A program made the translations under genes and the position numbers. A DNA stretch of 64,000 nucleotides. It comes from the human T2T-CHM13v2.0 reference genome, Homo sapiens. The stretch is taken from assembly GCF_009914755.1 (NCBI RefSeq), contig NC_060927.1, one strand, 5' to 3'. Positions 13,035 through 25,975 of this stretch are shown piece after piece. Under the pieces are notes generated by a model that was not told the DNA's origin, did not search any database, and was given only the letters and a program-made list of their open reading frames with translations. Each line of letters starts with the position of its first letter. The stretch's first letter is position 1.

Positions 13035-13334
13035 ACAATGAGAACATATGGGCACAGGCAGGGGAACATCAAACACTGGGGCCTGACATGTTATGGGGGG
13101 CCAGGGGAAGGATAGCATTAGGAGAAATACCTAATGTAGATGACAGGTTGATGGGTGCAGCAAACCACCATGGCACATGTAACCATGTTACCTATGTAAC
13201 CTATGTAACCAACGTGCACGTTCTGTACGTGTATTAAACTTAAAGTGTAATAATAAAAATAAATAAACTGAGTTTTATGTTAAGGTTCTTGAGTGTTGGT
13301 CAAAGAAGTTAAGGTAAGGGGATTGGGGGATGGA

Positions 13335-14115
<781 letters not shown>

Positions 14116-14314
14116 AGGAGGTAAACTGCAGAGGTTTGTAAACAAAAAAGAATGATGCTGAATTAACACAATCTGGTTAATGTAAGTCAGAGTTTATCAG
14201 AATTGGTTTTGAGATTTCAATTGGATTGTTGGCAACATGAGCCTAATCAAAATTCCACTCCCGGGCTGCTATGATTGATATGCAATTTCTAAACGTATGT
14301 TTAAAATACTAATA

Positions 14315-14531
<217 letters not shown>

Positions 14532-14559
14532 CTAATATTAATATTACTGATAATAAAAC

Positions 14560-14780
14560 TACTACCACACCTAACATTTCTTGCGCTTTATATATTAGGC
14601 CCCTTTTAAACTAATTATATGAACTAACTTTCTCCTGAAATATGGTGAGGAAGAAATAACCATTTTCCCTATTTTCACATGAGGAAAGTAAGATAGTAAC
14701 TTGCCCAGGGTTACAAGATGAGGATTTGAACTGAAACCCAGGCAATGCGGATCCAGGGGTTTTACCATTACATTATACTC
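14560..14780 (-). mobile_element. MIR SINE
   Basis: Antisense core attttcacatgaggaaa...aacttgcccagggttaca. Confidence 0.7.
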
Positions 14781-16344
14781 CTTCTGTGTGTCTCTCTGGG
14801 TTGGGGGGCATGGCGCGTCTGATGAATATCCGCTTTGGGTTAGATATGAAAGGGTACAAGTTAGAAACAATGCTTTAGGTGATTAATTAGGGCAGGATCT
14901 TTTGAAATACCCATGGGGGAAGAAGTGGCTTTTTACTGTACTGAACCTACACAGACACCAGACTTCTTTAGTTCAGTTCAATCTAAATACAACAGCAAAA
15001 CCATCTACTCTTTTCTTTTCCCTCTCTTCCTCTCTTCAACAAATATTTTTTGGTTATTGACAATGTTAAAATAAACTGCACTGGACATTACATAAAGCTG
15101 GTTAACTCAGACATGAGACTCCAAGGAACAATATTTAGCGGAAGTAAATGATAAAATCTGCCCTAAAATTTTGCTCAATAATTTGTAAAATCATCAATTG
15201 CATTATTGTAAACCTTTGTCATTTGGTTTTTCCACCCCTATTTTCTTCTCTATGTTCTGTCTTCTAGTATCTCTCTGCCTCTACCCATATTTTCATTACC
15301 TTCTTTGAGTGCTTTTTTTTCATCACTTTGCTCTCATGCCTTTTGTTTTTTGTTTCTCTCAGTTGTCTAGATTATTACCTCCTAGCTAGCCACACCATAT
15401 ATTCAACCCACTCTGGAAATAAACTATTTTATTTTAAAATACTAAAATTCCCCTGAATTCATTTTCTCCTTTCCATCTGCTTTACCACTTTATTTCATCC
15501 ATGAATGAAAGTTCCGACCTTCATTCACTCTGCTCCTTATAACAAGTTTTTTTTTACTAAACTCGTACTTATAATTCTCCCAAATCCCCCGACAATATAT
15601 CCGTCTTCACATTTTTCTCTGACTTTTCCAGCAAATCTAATCTTGTCATTCCCCTACTCAAAATTCATTTGTCCTTATGATCGACCAGATAAAAATCCAA
15701 AGCCCCTTACAAGGTACAAGCAATCCCTACCTACCCATCTAACTTCATTTTTACCTTATCTCCCAATTCCCCTTTGTGTGGTACTCTCTAGCAGCACAGG
15801 CATGCTTGTGGGTTACAGAACACATCGTACTTGGTCATGCCTCTGTAACTTTCCATCTATCATTCTCCTATTCCCTCTGCTGCTTTTCCTCCATCCATAT
15901 GTAAAATTTCTAGTCATTCTTTAAGACTGTTCAAATATTATCTGTGCTGTGAAGGATTCCCAGTCTCTTTTAGGCAGACCTGAGAGTCCTCCTCTGCTCT
16001 CTCACATACTGTACATCCCTCCAATGTTTGCAAGAATATTGTTATTACTATTTGGAGTCAGGACTTGGGGTTTTCTATGTCCAGTACCTAACACAGACTC
16101 CAGTATATAGTAGTTTAATCATCTTTATTAAAGCTACCTACCCTATTATTTAACCTACCTACCATAATGATATAGTATAGCTCTTCTTTCTGCCTGCATA
16201 TCAGTTTCTCGAACTATATTTTTTGGAACACCAGCACCTCTACAGGAGTTGTATACTATGAATAGAGTTAACCTTTAGATAGTTATGTAAAACGTAAGTT
16301 TGTTTTCATTGTAAGTTTAAAAGTCCAAATAATCTTTTCTCAAA

Positions 16345-16618
16345 TAATTTTTAAAATTTCATCTGTTTGTACTGATACATAATAGATGTACATATTTTGG
16401 GGGGGTACATGTGACAACACATTCATGTAATTTGTAAAGATAAAATCAGTATAATTGGGATATCCATCACTTTAAATATTTGTTTTTTCTTTCTGCTAGA
16501 AACAGTTGAATTATTCTCTTCTAGCTATTTTGAAATACCTAATAGATTATAGTAAACTATAGTCACCCTAGTGACCTATCAAACACAAGGTCTTCTTTCT
16601 TCTATCAAATTGTATATT
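16345..16618 (-). mobile_element. L1MA 3'-end fragment
   Basis: gatacataatagatgtacatattttggggg...tctagctattttgaaata, typical antisense L1MA 3'UTR. Confidence 0.8.
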
Positions 16619-17782
16619 CCTTTCGTTTTTAATTTCATAATTCTCAAGTGCTAAGTTCATAAAAAAATCACCTAAACCATCTAAAAATGAGAAATTTATG
16701 TTTGTTTTACCATGACCTGGATGAGGAGCAACAACAAAAATACATAGCATATGTATATATTGCTGAAATGACAACATAATTACCTCCAAATTTACTTATT
16801 TCCAACCCATCTCTGCTAACCTGGATTACTGCCAATGAAAGAATAAATTTTGTTCATTTGCCTTGTTTTTATTTACATTAATTGATGGAGTTATGTTGGC
16901 TCTGTGATTTTAAGAAGCTCATCTTAGAAAAAAGTAACTGTTACAAGAGAAGATTTTGGGAAATAGTCACTGAAAAATAAGTTGAGGTCCAATCAGGAAT
17001 ACAGAAACTATACTATGTAACCAAGGGAATATTATGAAAATGTTACACAGGGATGGGGGGATGGTTCTCTAGATCAAAAAGGGAAGCACTGTGGTGACCT
17101 AGAGATATAAGCTGTGGGAAGCTGTTACTACCCTTAGAACTAGAAGGACAAAGGGGAAGGTTTGTGTTATTAGAACTCAGAAGTTTAGAGGAGCCATCCT
17201 CCTTAGCTGGGGCTTGGACCTCTGAGAAGTAGAAACAGCCTAGTTGGTGCTGGTACTTTTGAGGAGTCATGAGGACTCTGGGACTTAGAGTGTAAAAGAA
17301 GTGGGAGGCTGGAATCAGCTGCTAAAGACAGGATGACAGGTTATTACCACTGAGGTGATGCTGATAGCAAGAAGCAAATGGAAAGGAACAAGTCCCTTTT
17401 CTCTTACTCCAGGGGTCCACATTTCCTCCAGTGACCTCTATTGATAGAACCCGTCAGGAAGCCAGTCGGTAAAGGAGATACACAGTTTGCAGAGTCCTAG
17501 CACCAGCCTTACAAAACCAGGGCAGAACTATGAATACAGAGTGGAGAGATAATAGTTTAATAAACAGCACTAATAACAATTATATCAAGAGTGTTAAGCA
17601 ATGGTCAGAGTAACCACCTTCCAGCTTAAAAAAACTATACATGATCAATCCTATTGTTCAAGACCTTAAAGAAGTATAAACCTCTACTGAATGAGACATG
17701 CACTTGAGTATGCTATGTCATAATAATCATTTAATCATCCAGTTTGGAATCTATATGGCAGACATTATTCTAGGTACTTGGG

Positions 17783-18465
17783 GTTTTTGTTTTGTTTTGT
17801 TCTGGTTTTGGTTTTTTTGGGGGGACAGGGTCTTTCTCCAGCTGCCTAGGCTAGAGTACAGGGATGCAATCTTGGCTCACTGCAGCCTCGACCTCCTGGG
17901 CTCAGCTGATTCTCGTACCTCAGCCTTCAAAGTAGCTGGGACTACAAGAGCACATCACTACACCCGGCTAATTTTTTTTTTTTTGTATTTATAGGAGAAA
18001 GGAGGTTTTGCTATTGATATGGTTTGGCTGTGTACCCACCCAAATCTCATCTTTAATTGTAGCTCCCACAATTCCCACGTGTTGTGGAAGGGACCTAGTG
18101 GAAGGTGATCGAATCATGGGGGCAGGTCTTTCCTGTGCTGTTCTCCTGATAGTGAATAAGTCTCATGAGATCTGATGGTTTTATAAAGGGGAGTTTTCCT
18201 GGACATGTTCTCTTGCCTGCCACCACTTTGCTCCTCCTTGCCTTCTTCCATGATTAAGGCCTCCCAAGCCATGTGGAACTGTGAGTCAATTAAACCTCTT
18301 TCCTTTATAAATTACACAATCTCAAGTATGTCGTTATTAGCAGCATGAGAACAGACTAACACAGCCATGTTGCCAGGCTCGTCTTGAACTCCTGGACCCA
18401 AGCAATCTGCCAGCCTTGGCCTCCCAAAGTGGTGGGATTTCAGGCAGGAGGCACTGTGCCTGGCC
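17783..18465 (-). mobile_element. AluJ (split by THE1 LTR), inserted in an antisense L2 3' end
   Basis: (TTTTG)n tail, Alu body resumes at 18364 after the LTR; degenerate TSD TACTTG(G/A)GTTTT. Confidence 0.85.
18015..18363 (+). mobile_element. THE1 (B/C-like) solo LTR
   Basis: TGATATGGTTTGGCTGTG...CAGACTAACACA; 5-bp TSD GCTAT/GCCAT. Confidence 0.92.
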
Positions 18466-18749
18466 TACTTGAGTTTTAACAGTGAAAATATAGATACTTG
18501 CTTGCCCTTGTGGACTGTTCATTCTAGTGAAAGGGAACAGACAGTAAATTAGAGACATGTCAGATGGTAAGGGCAATGGAGAAAATAAAGCAAGTTAAGG
18601 GCATAGGGATTAGGGTGGGGGAAGCTCTTTCATATGATGTGGTCCTGGAGAGCCTCAATGATAAAGTTAAATTTTATCAAAGATTCAAAGGAAATAGGAG
18701 GGAGAAAGTCATATGAGCATACAGGGAAGATCTGTTCAGTAAGAAAGAC

Positions 18750-20500
18750 TTGCATTTAATAAGAGTAAGGTTGGTGAACGTTTTGCAAGTGGATGGACTT
18801 TTCTGCGATTTTGCAGTTTGTTTTTTATTATTTGCATAATTCTCTTTACAAAAACTGTGATCCTAACTGGATAACATAAGCTTATTATCAAATATAGTAC
18901 AAAGTTCAAATATTCTACAAAATATCATTCATCTCTTTTACTAAAGGAAAAGCTATGCGTCCTCACACAGCAGGTTATAGAATTTGCTGATGTTAAGAAG
19001 AATTAGCTGAAGTATATAATGTCTTACCTCTCCTGTAAAATACCTCCTTTGTTTCAGAGTCAGCTATGAAATTCTAATAATAGTCTCAAACTTTTCACTT
19101 GGATTATTTGAGTAAATGTAAAATGCCCAGCACTGTACATAATTACTTCTTTGTTAAGATGTCAACCTTTGTTTTTTAGTTAAGAGTTAATGAACCTTGA
19201 TAATTGGCAAACAATCTTTGAGCCGAAAGTAGGATGGACACCATCAGTACTCTTAACCCAAAACAATGAAACTATTGTTGGCATTAGGATTACATTGCTT
19301 TCTGTTCAGATAATTTTTTTCTGAAAAAATGCATGTATACTTTGTTATTCAATGGTGTCAGAAATATTAATAAGTTAGCTATAATTAAGTATTCCTTAAA
19401 CAGTTTGTTATTCAAACAATAAATGTGAACTTATGTATAAAGTTAGAAGACTAAAAATGGCATAGAACGCACTAATACTCTCATGCTAAAGGTTTTAAAA
19501 AAATTAATAGTATTTCTGCCCTTGAAAAACATGAGTTGTATATGTAATGTAAAATCTTTTTCTGTGGCCAGTAAAAATTTCCAACAGGAAAGCTTGGGGT
19601 GAGTATGTCTAAAATTCACTCATCTGAGGAGAATGTAATTTAAGATTGGGCACTTTTATTATAGAAAGTAGAAATTTGAGTTATCTTACTTTTTAACTTA
19701 AAGAATCATCTTGAGAGATCAATGGTGTCCACTGGAAGGCAAGAACTTGGTTCTGGCAGGAAAACCACCACTGGCTGGTAGTATTTGCAGAGCACTTAAC
19801 CTCTGTGCCTAGGTTCTTGTAGCTGTCAAGTAGATAATAGTAATTGCTACCTTCCGTGGGAAGTGAGCTTGTGCTTTGACATCTTTAGTTGAAGATGCTG
19901 TATAAACACAAATTATTATTATTAGAATATAATACATATATGCACATAAAACACCAGCATGGTGCTCTTTTAATGCTTATATAACATCTATAAATAATGC
20001 TCTTCCATGCTCTCTCTTCACTTTAGGTCAGAGAATATCATAGCAGACCACTATTCAATTTCTGTAAGTATGGAGGAAATATATTTGTTAAAGCTCCATG
20101 TCATCTTTTTGAGACGAACTTAACCTGCTAATTCCTTATGGTCTCTGTAGCAATTGCCCGATGGCCCCTACCCAAGTTAAGCCTTTGGTATTTTTTGAAA
20201 TGTTGGCTAAATTACTTTTCTTGGAGATGTGGAGCCATCAGGGAAAACCTGGAAGAATGAAATTGGCTAGTGATATTAAAATTTTGGTTGTTTAACATTT
20301 AACTGAGTCTCAACAACGTGTTAAAGTGCTATCTAAACAGATAATTAGCTAGTGGCTGCGCAGTGAGCTGTCTAAATTTAGCAGTGAAATTAGGTTTAGG
20401 GAATGCGAATATAGAAAAAGAAATTTTCTCAAGGGAAACGGTGGTGTCAGCACAGCTGAGGAATGTCACAATAGCTACATTTTGTCAATTATGATCATCA
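18750..20500 (-). ncRNA. NECTIN3-AS1: Probable 5' region of the divergent lncRNA NECTIN3-AS1 (exons not resolved)
   Basis: From recall that a head-to-head antisense lncRNA is annotated upstream of human NECTIN3. The sequence shows only a TE-poor tract and a strong minus-strand donor (AG|GTAAGA) at 19028/19027. Confidence 0.3.
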
Positions 20501-22443
20501 TCAGGGGATCTCCCGGAGCGATGCAGGACAAGGTTTATTCATAAGTGCATCTTGAGAATAGGTGATAGAAAGCCTTGGCTGCAGGAGACAAGCTTACAGG
20601 GGACGACAGAGGCAGACAGGCACAGGGAGGGAGGGAAGAGGAAAGGGCTGGAGGGAAAAAGGCACTAGACCGAGCGCTGGGAGACTGGAAGGGAGGCAGA
20701 AGTTAAGAAAGAAAAAAGAGGTGGGCAGGGTGTAGAATGGCTTGTAGCCTTGGAGGTTAGTAAAGCCTTGTAATCCAGCGGGCGGAAGGTGGGAAGACCC
20801 TATTGACTGAAAGCCGAGGACAGCGTGGTCTTGGCCGCAAGCATGCATTAGTTTAGCTGCGACAGGCTAACTTCTGGGCGGCTGATCCTTGTTCAGCTTT
20901 CCTGTTACTGGAACACATTTATGGCTATCTCGTGGAGATGACAGGACCTACATAAAATTAATAGTGTCAGGCCTGAGGACTGGTGTCCTCTGCCTTCAAT
21001 TCACCCCCTACGCTGGACAGTCCAAATTGTCCACCCTCCTACTCCCCCCGCGGAACCAATGTGGCAGTGGCTCCAAGGTCAAGCTGCCGGTACTGTGCGA
21101 GGCGGGAGGATGGAGAGGGCAGGGCGGAGAGCCACCTGGGATGAGCGAGGGTCATGGTGGACCACAGACGCTCTTCTTATACGGGCAAATGTTTAATACT
21201 TCCCGAGGTCGCCTCTCTGCCATCAAACGAAAACAGGCAAGAAAATAAAACTACACATACGAACATGCAAAGGAAACAAAACCAAAGAAAAACACCAACG
21301 CACTCGTTGGGGGAAATCCATGGCCTCCTGTTGCCAGTCGCCCGGCGCGGAAAGTGGACAGCCCAGCGGCCAGTGAGAAGCAAGAGCAAGAAAGCAAACC
21401 TTCTGAAGACCCCTCTCCTCGCCCAGCTCCGCCGACCATTCTACCAAGCTGCCCTCCCAGAAAAAAGAGCAGGAAAAATGCCTGTGCAAACGTGCCTTGG
21501 CGAGCGGGGAATAAGTGGGCTGGGAAGAAGGGAAGGATTCGGAGAGCACAGCTGTCCCGGGGAACAGGAAGGAGGAGAAAGTCTCTCCCTCCCTTCAGTG
21601 CCCCGCGCCCCAGCGAGGAGGAAGATTACTAGTCCAGCAGGCTGCGTCCAGCTTCCTACACAGGAACCTTTAGCATGGGCAACGGAAGGGCAGCCCCCTC
21701 CTGCCTTCCCCTCCCCACCCCACCCCCTCGTCCCAGGTCCCCGCCACAGGGAGAGCGCCGCCCGGGAGAGGAGAAGGCCGAGCGTGATTGTCCCGCAGCC
21801 CTCGCCTCAGTCGGCGCCGGGGCCCCCGTGGACCCGCGAGGGGTGGAGTGGGCGAGACCATTGGAAAGGCAGGGAAGGGGGGAAACCAGGCAGGAACGAG
21901 GGGCGGGGCCGACTAACCTATTCCAGATTTTCCTGTCCCTTTTAAATCTCTGCTGTGGGAGAAACCCCGTTATCAAAGTGGATGAAAAGAATATTTTTTT
22001 TTGAAAGGGGAGGAGCATGTGTAGGAGGGCGGGGTGGGAGGAGACAGGGCTTGCGCCCGGGGATCAGACGGGAGGTGGAGTTGCGCGGGGAGGGCGGGCG
22101 AGTCGGGCGCCCGCTCTGAGAGTCGGTTTCTTTTCCCCCTCTTGCGTGGGGCGGGGTGGTGCGTTCCGAGTTCCCAGGAGTTCGACGCGGGCGGGTGCCG
22201 AGGGGAGGGGAGTGGCGGCGGCGGCGGGCGGCTCCCGCTTCAGCCTCGGCAGTGGCGTCGGCGACGGCGGTGTCGAGGCAGCCGCCAGCGTTCGGCCAAG
22301 TGTCAGCCGGCAGCGACGGCGCTAGAGCTGGGAGCTGGGGACGCGCGCGCCGGACCTTCCACAGCCTCCGCCCAGAGCCTGAGGCGCCGGGGCCGGGGGA
22401 GCCGGGGGGCGGGCGGGCGAGCGGGCCGGGGGGAGGGTGGGGG

Positions 22444-22603
22444 ATGGCGCGGACCCTGCGGCCGTCCCCGCTGTGTCCTGGAGGCGGCAAAGCACAACTT
22501 TCCTCCGCTTCTCTCCTCGGAGCCGGGCTCCTGCTGCAGCCCCCGACGCCACCTCCGCTGCTGCTGCTGCTCTTCCCGCTGCTGCTCTTCTCCAGGCTCT
22601 GTG
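22444..22603 (+). CDS. NECTIN3: NECTIN3 coding exon 1a (signal peptide, 160 nt, phase 1)
   Basis: gggATGG start; MARTLRPSPLCPGGGKAQLSSASLLGAGLLLQPPTPPPLLLLLFPLLLFSRLC-G matches the nectin-3 N-terminus; donor G|GTAGGT splices in frame to exon 2 (G|GT = Gly). Confidence 0.97.
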
Positions 22604-22845
22604 GTAGGTGAACCTCGGCGGCCGGCGTGGGCTGAGGGAGCCGCCACTGAGGGTGCGGGCGCCGCGGCCGGCTCTGCCAGCCGTTCTCTGGGGCAGCGAG
22701 GCGGTTGGTTGTGCGAGCGAGTGCCGAGGACTTTGGCTGGAAACTTTTCGCCGCGCCCGGGGCGAGGCCCTGGAAGGGCCAGGCCAGCGAATGCTGAGCC
22801 GGCGGCCCGCTGCCCTCCCCCGCGGCCGCGCGGGTCGCCGTGCGG

Positions 22846-22936
22846 ATGGCCGAGGGTTGGCGATGGTGCTTCGTGCGCCGAACTCCGGGTTTGCTCCGGG
22901 GACCGTTACTTCCTCGCTCATTCTCTGGGAACCCTC
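22846..22936 (+). CDS. NECTIN3: NECTIN3 alternative first coding exon 1b (91 nt, phase 1)
   Basis: ATG at 22846 gives MAEGWRWCFVRRTPGLLRGPLLPRSFSGNP; donor C|GTAGGT joins exon 2 in frame (C|GT = Arg). Matches my recollection of an annotated human isoform N-terminus. Confidence 0.75.
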
Positions 22937-25789
22937 GTAGGTTAAGGTGCCGGGATGCACGTTTGCCGCTTTTTTTCCCGGTGAAACTTGAGCTGTGAGC
23001 CCAGAAACCCTAGGGACCGGAGCCCGATGGAATGAAGCCTCCGGGTCCACTTCTCATGGCCTTCCACCCTGGAGAAGGCACCATTTTAGCCCACCCAGCC
23101 GCAGAATCCCCTACAGCTAGTTTTCTTCTGTCTTGTGCCCACTCCCCCGGCTCTGCCCTGACAGCTTCTGGAGCTCTCTAGATTGACCCTCGTCCCTGCC
23201 CTCCAGCTTGTGGGACGTCTCTCACACTGCCCGTGCTTATTTTACCAAACCGCAGGAACAAGATTTACGTGTTAAATACCTGATTTCATGGACTGTGTGC
23301 CCCGGCTGTTCTAACCAAAACAGTCACGCGCCTGTTTCCCATCTCTTGACCCTCGTGTTATGTTACTGTTTTCCTGTCATATTTGGGAGTTAGTCTCTGA
23401 GTTTTCTTCCCAGGTATGCCAGACTAGAAGCCTGCTTATTAAGGACTGTGCTAAAAAAAAAAAAAAAAAAAAAGTCTGCCTCATGCAAGAGAAATGGACT
23501 TAAGTGGTAATTAATGGGAGGCAGCGATTTGGGAAAATAAGGACACCAGTCTTTGGTGGGAGGAGGAGTATCAGAACACTGCGAGTAGTTATTTATTTGA
23601 GGGCTCTTGGTAAGAAAAGTAGAGGGGCAGAACTTAAGCTTGGTCAAAGATTGGTTTTCAGTATTTCATAAAACCGTAAACTGAAGTTTTACTAGTATTT
23701 ATTAAAAGGAGAGATGTGTGCACATTTCTTGAATAGTGTGATTTAGAAGGAGGAGAATCCTGTTACATGGTAGGTGAGTCAGGGTAGTTGGTTATGAGGG
23801 AAGCAAAGTTTGCATGATGGGATTGAGTGTCTCTTCTGGGCTGAGAATTTCCACTGACAGTTTACCACCACGTTTCCAGCACTGTAATGAAATCTGATTT
23901 ACACAGAGTATAGTATGGTAAATGGAATGTTATTAATTGTACGCTGTTTCTGTATGCCGACTCCGCAGATACTTGGTTCCAAGACAAAGTTCTTAATGCT
24001 ATACCTTTTTAAATTGATGCCAGAGTCTAGATTGAATTTGTGTGCTGTTCTATTCCATGAAGGAGAATTGGGGATGTTGCTTACAGTTGAGTGAGAGGAC
24101 AGTTGGAGGGGACCTTACCAGTTTACTATCCTGACTTCGTTTATGTTAAGGACTGAGAGAATATTTATACCTCCACAGAGGCAGATCTAGTTAGGCAAAG
24201 CTCTGTGGAAGACTGAAGCCAGGTAATATGCATAGCTGATGCAGGAATTATTTACATGATAATTTCTTAGTGGTTGTGAAAATGAATTGTTGATTACTTT
24301 TTGAAGGAACACATTGGTTTTCACATGGAAGAAGAAAACAGTTTTAAAAAATCTCAATGTAGCATTGGAAGGACTTGATTTTTAATTCAGAGCTTAAAAA
24401 CTTAAGCAGTGTAGGCAAATGGACTGTGTTTTAGAGCAGGTGTAGTGTTTAGAGTCAACTCTTCTTGTTGTAGAGGTAGACACTAGTTTTGTATTCCTGT
24501 GTGCTACTCATTTAAACAGCTTCCTTTTTTGGCTTATAGTGTTATAACACCCTAATTTGTGAACCTTTATGACGAGTTTTTTCCATCAACCTTTATTTTG
24601 GAATTAAGTCTTTGAATAGGGCACAGATATTGTGACTTATGGAAGCTTAGTGGTATGGAAGCAAAATTTTCTTCAAGTAAGCTGTTAGTCTAACAAGTTG
24701 TTGATTTAACTACTGTTTTAGTTAATAGAGTTATAATGATGTTCATAGTACTGCTTACAAGGTTTGGCATGTAATTAATATTTGCGTGGAGCCAGTTTTA
24801 GAGTTGAAAAGATTTTTAAGCTTTAAAAATATGACTGTAGCTGATGATTTGTTGATGAGAATGCTTTACTTGTTTTATGACATATAGATTTTTCCTTTTG
24901 CTGCTATTTTTGATATTTTGATATGTTTGATATATAGCGTGGCCTTAACTTTATCGTGTTAATTTAACTGTTAAAAATATCCATCAAAACTGGTGGACCT
25001 GATATTCTGAAGGCTATAAAAATGTTTATATCAGACTTGCTGGCCGTTTGTTTTGGGGGTGTGCATTATCTTATTTGGAGAACTGAACTTTTAAAATGAG
25101 AGTTTTACAGGTTGTCAAATTGCCAGATTTTTTTTTTGTTTTTAAGCCTAAGAGATTCCTAGGTATAAGTGTCAAGGGGACTGGGCTTACGTCATCATCT
25201 GACTTGATAAACGTCATTTAATTATGAAATGCGAAGTTTCTTTATGATGGCAATAATCAATTCATAGATGATTAGATTTATCTCACTTTTACTTCCCACC
25301 GTTTTTTTTTCAGGGGACATAGAGAATATTATCATGGGTATGGTAATGATGAATAACAAGATAGACTGACCTTTGTAAGGTCCCATTTGGCTCTGAGATT
25401 CTATGCCTCTTTCCATTTTCAGCAAGGCTTCATCTTAAGATGAATGTTTAAAAGAGCACAGAAAAGAAGATCTGATATGATATGGAACTTTTAAAAGCAC
25501 TTTGACTACTTGATAGGCACTTGGGGACATAACACACGCATAAGACAGAGTCCTGGCTTCAAGATGCTTGTAACTTTGGGTTCGACCTAAAGGAAACATG
25601 ATTGTAGAACAGTTTGGTGTTTGTGAGGTATTTTGATTTGCCCGGAAATGGGACACCTAACCCATTAGGTAAAGACTTATGAATGTGCAATGAAAAAAAC
25701 AGTCATTTTTAAAACATCATTTGGGTCAGATCTTATTGAGATGTCTTCTTCCTTCCCTGTCCTTCCCTCCCTTCCTCTCTTTCTCTTTC

Positions 25790-25975
25790 TCTCTCTAGCT
25801 GTAAATCATTGGCAGGTTATTTAACCTTGGAAACTTTAAGTTTCTCTTGTTTTATAAAGAGATAACATTACTACCTTGCTGATGGAGATCTTGTGAGAAT
25901 TAAATGACAGAATAGAATAAAACAATTAGAAGAGTGCATGAAATATAGTAACACTCAAATGTTAGCATTTATTAT
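25790..25975 (+). mobile_element. MIR SINE
   Basis: ggcaggttatttaacct...gatcttgtgagaattaaatga...acactcaaatgttagc. Confidence 0.7.

Larger units (their letters stand above)
6780..13260 (+). mobile_element. Full-length (~6.5 kb) inactive LINE-1, L1PA7/L1PA8-like
   Basis: 5'UTR start (gatggccgaatagga), ORF1 and ORF2 remnants, L1PA-type 3'UTR with short A-rich tail; 16-bp TSD AAATAAACTGAGTTTT at 6764-6779 and 13261-13276. Confidence 0.95.
21300..23100. promoter_or_regulatory. NECTIN3: CpG-island promoter of NECTIN3 (no obvious TATA box, multiple GC boxes)
   Basis: Sharp rise in GC and CpG; GGGCGGGG Sp/KLF boxes at ~21901, ~22027 and ~22149; GGC repeats at ~22214. Confidence 0.92.

Noticed and set aside
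21154-23050. Long overlapping ORFs on both strands (263, 303, 242 and 182 aa) in the CpG island
   Set aside because: Low-complexity G/R/P/A translations expected from stop-poor GC-rich DNA; no recognisable domains. Only the NECTIN3 frames have splice support
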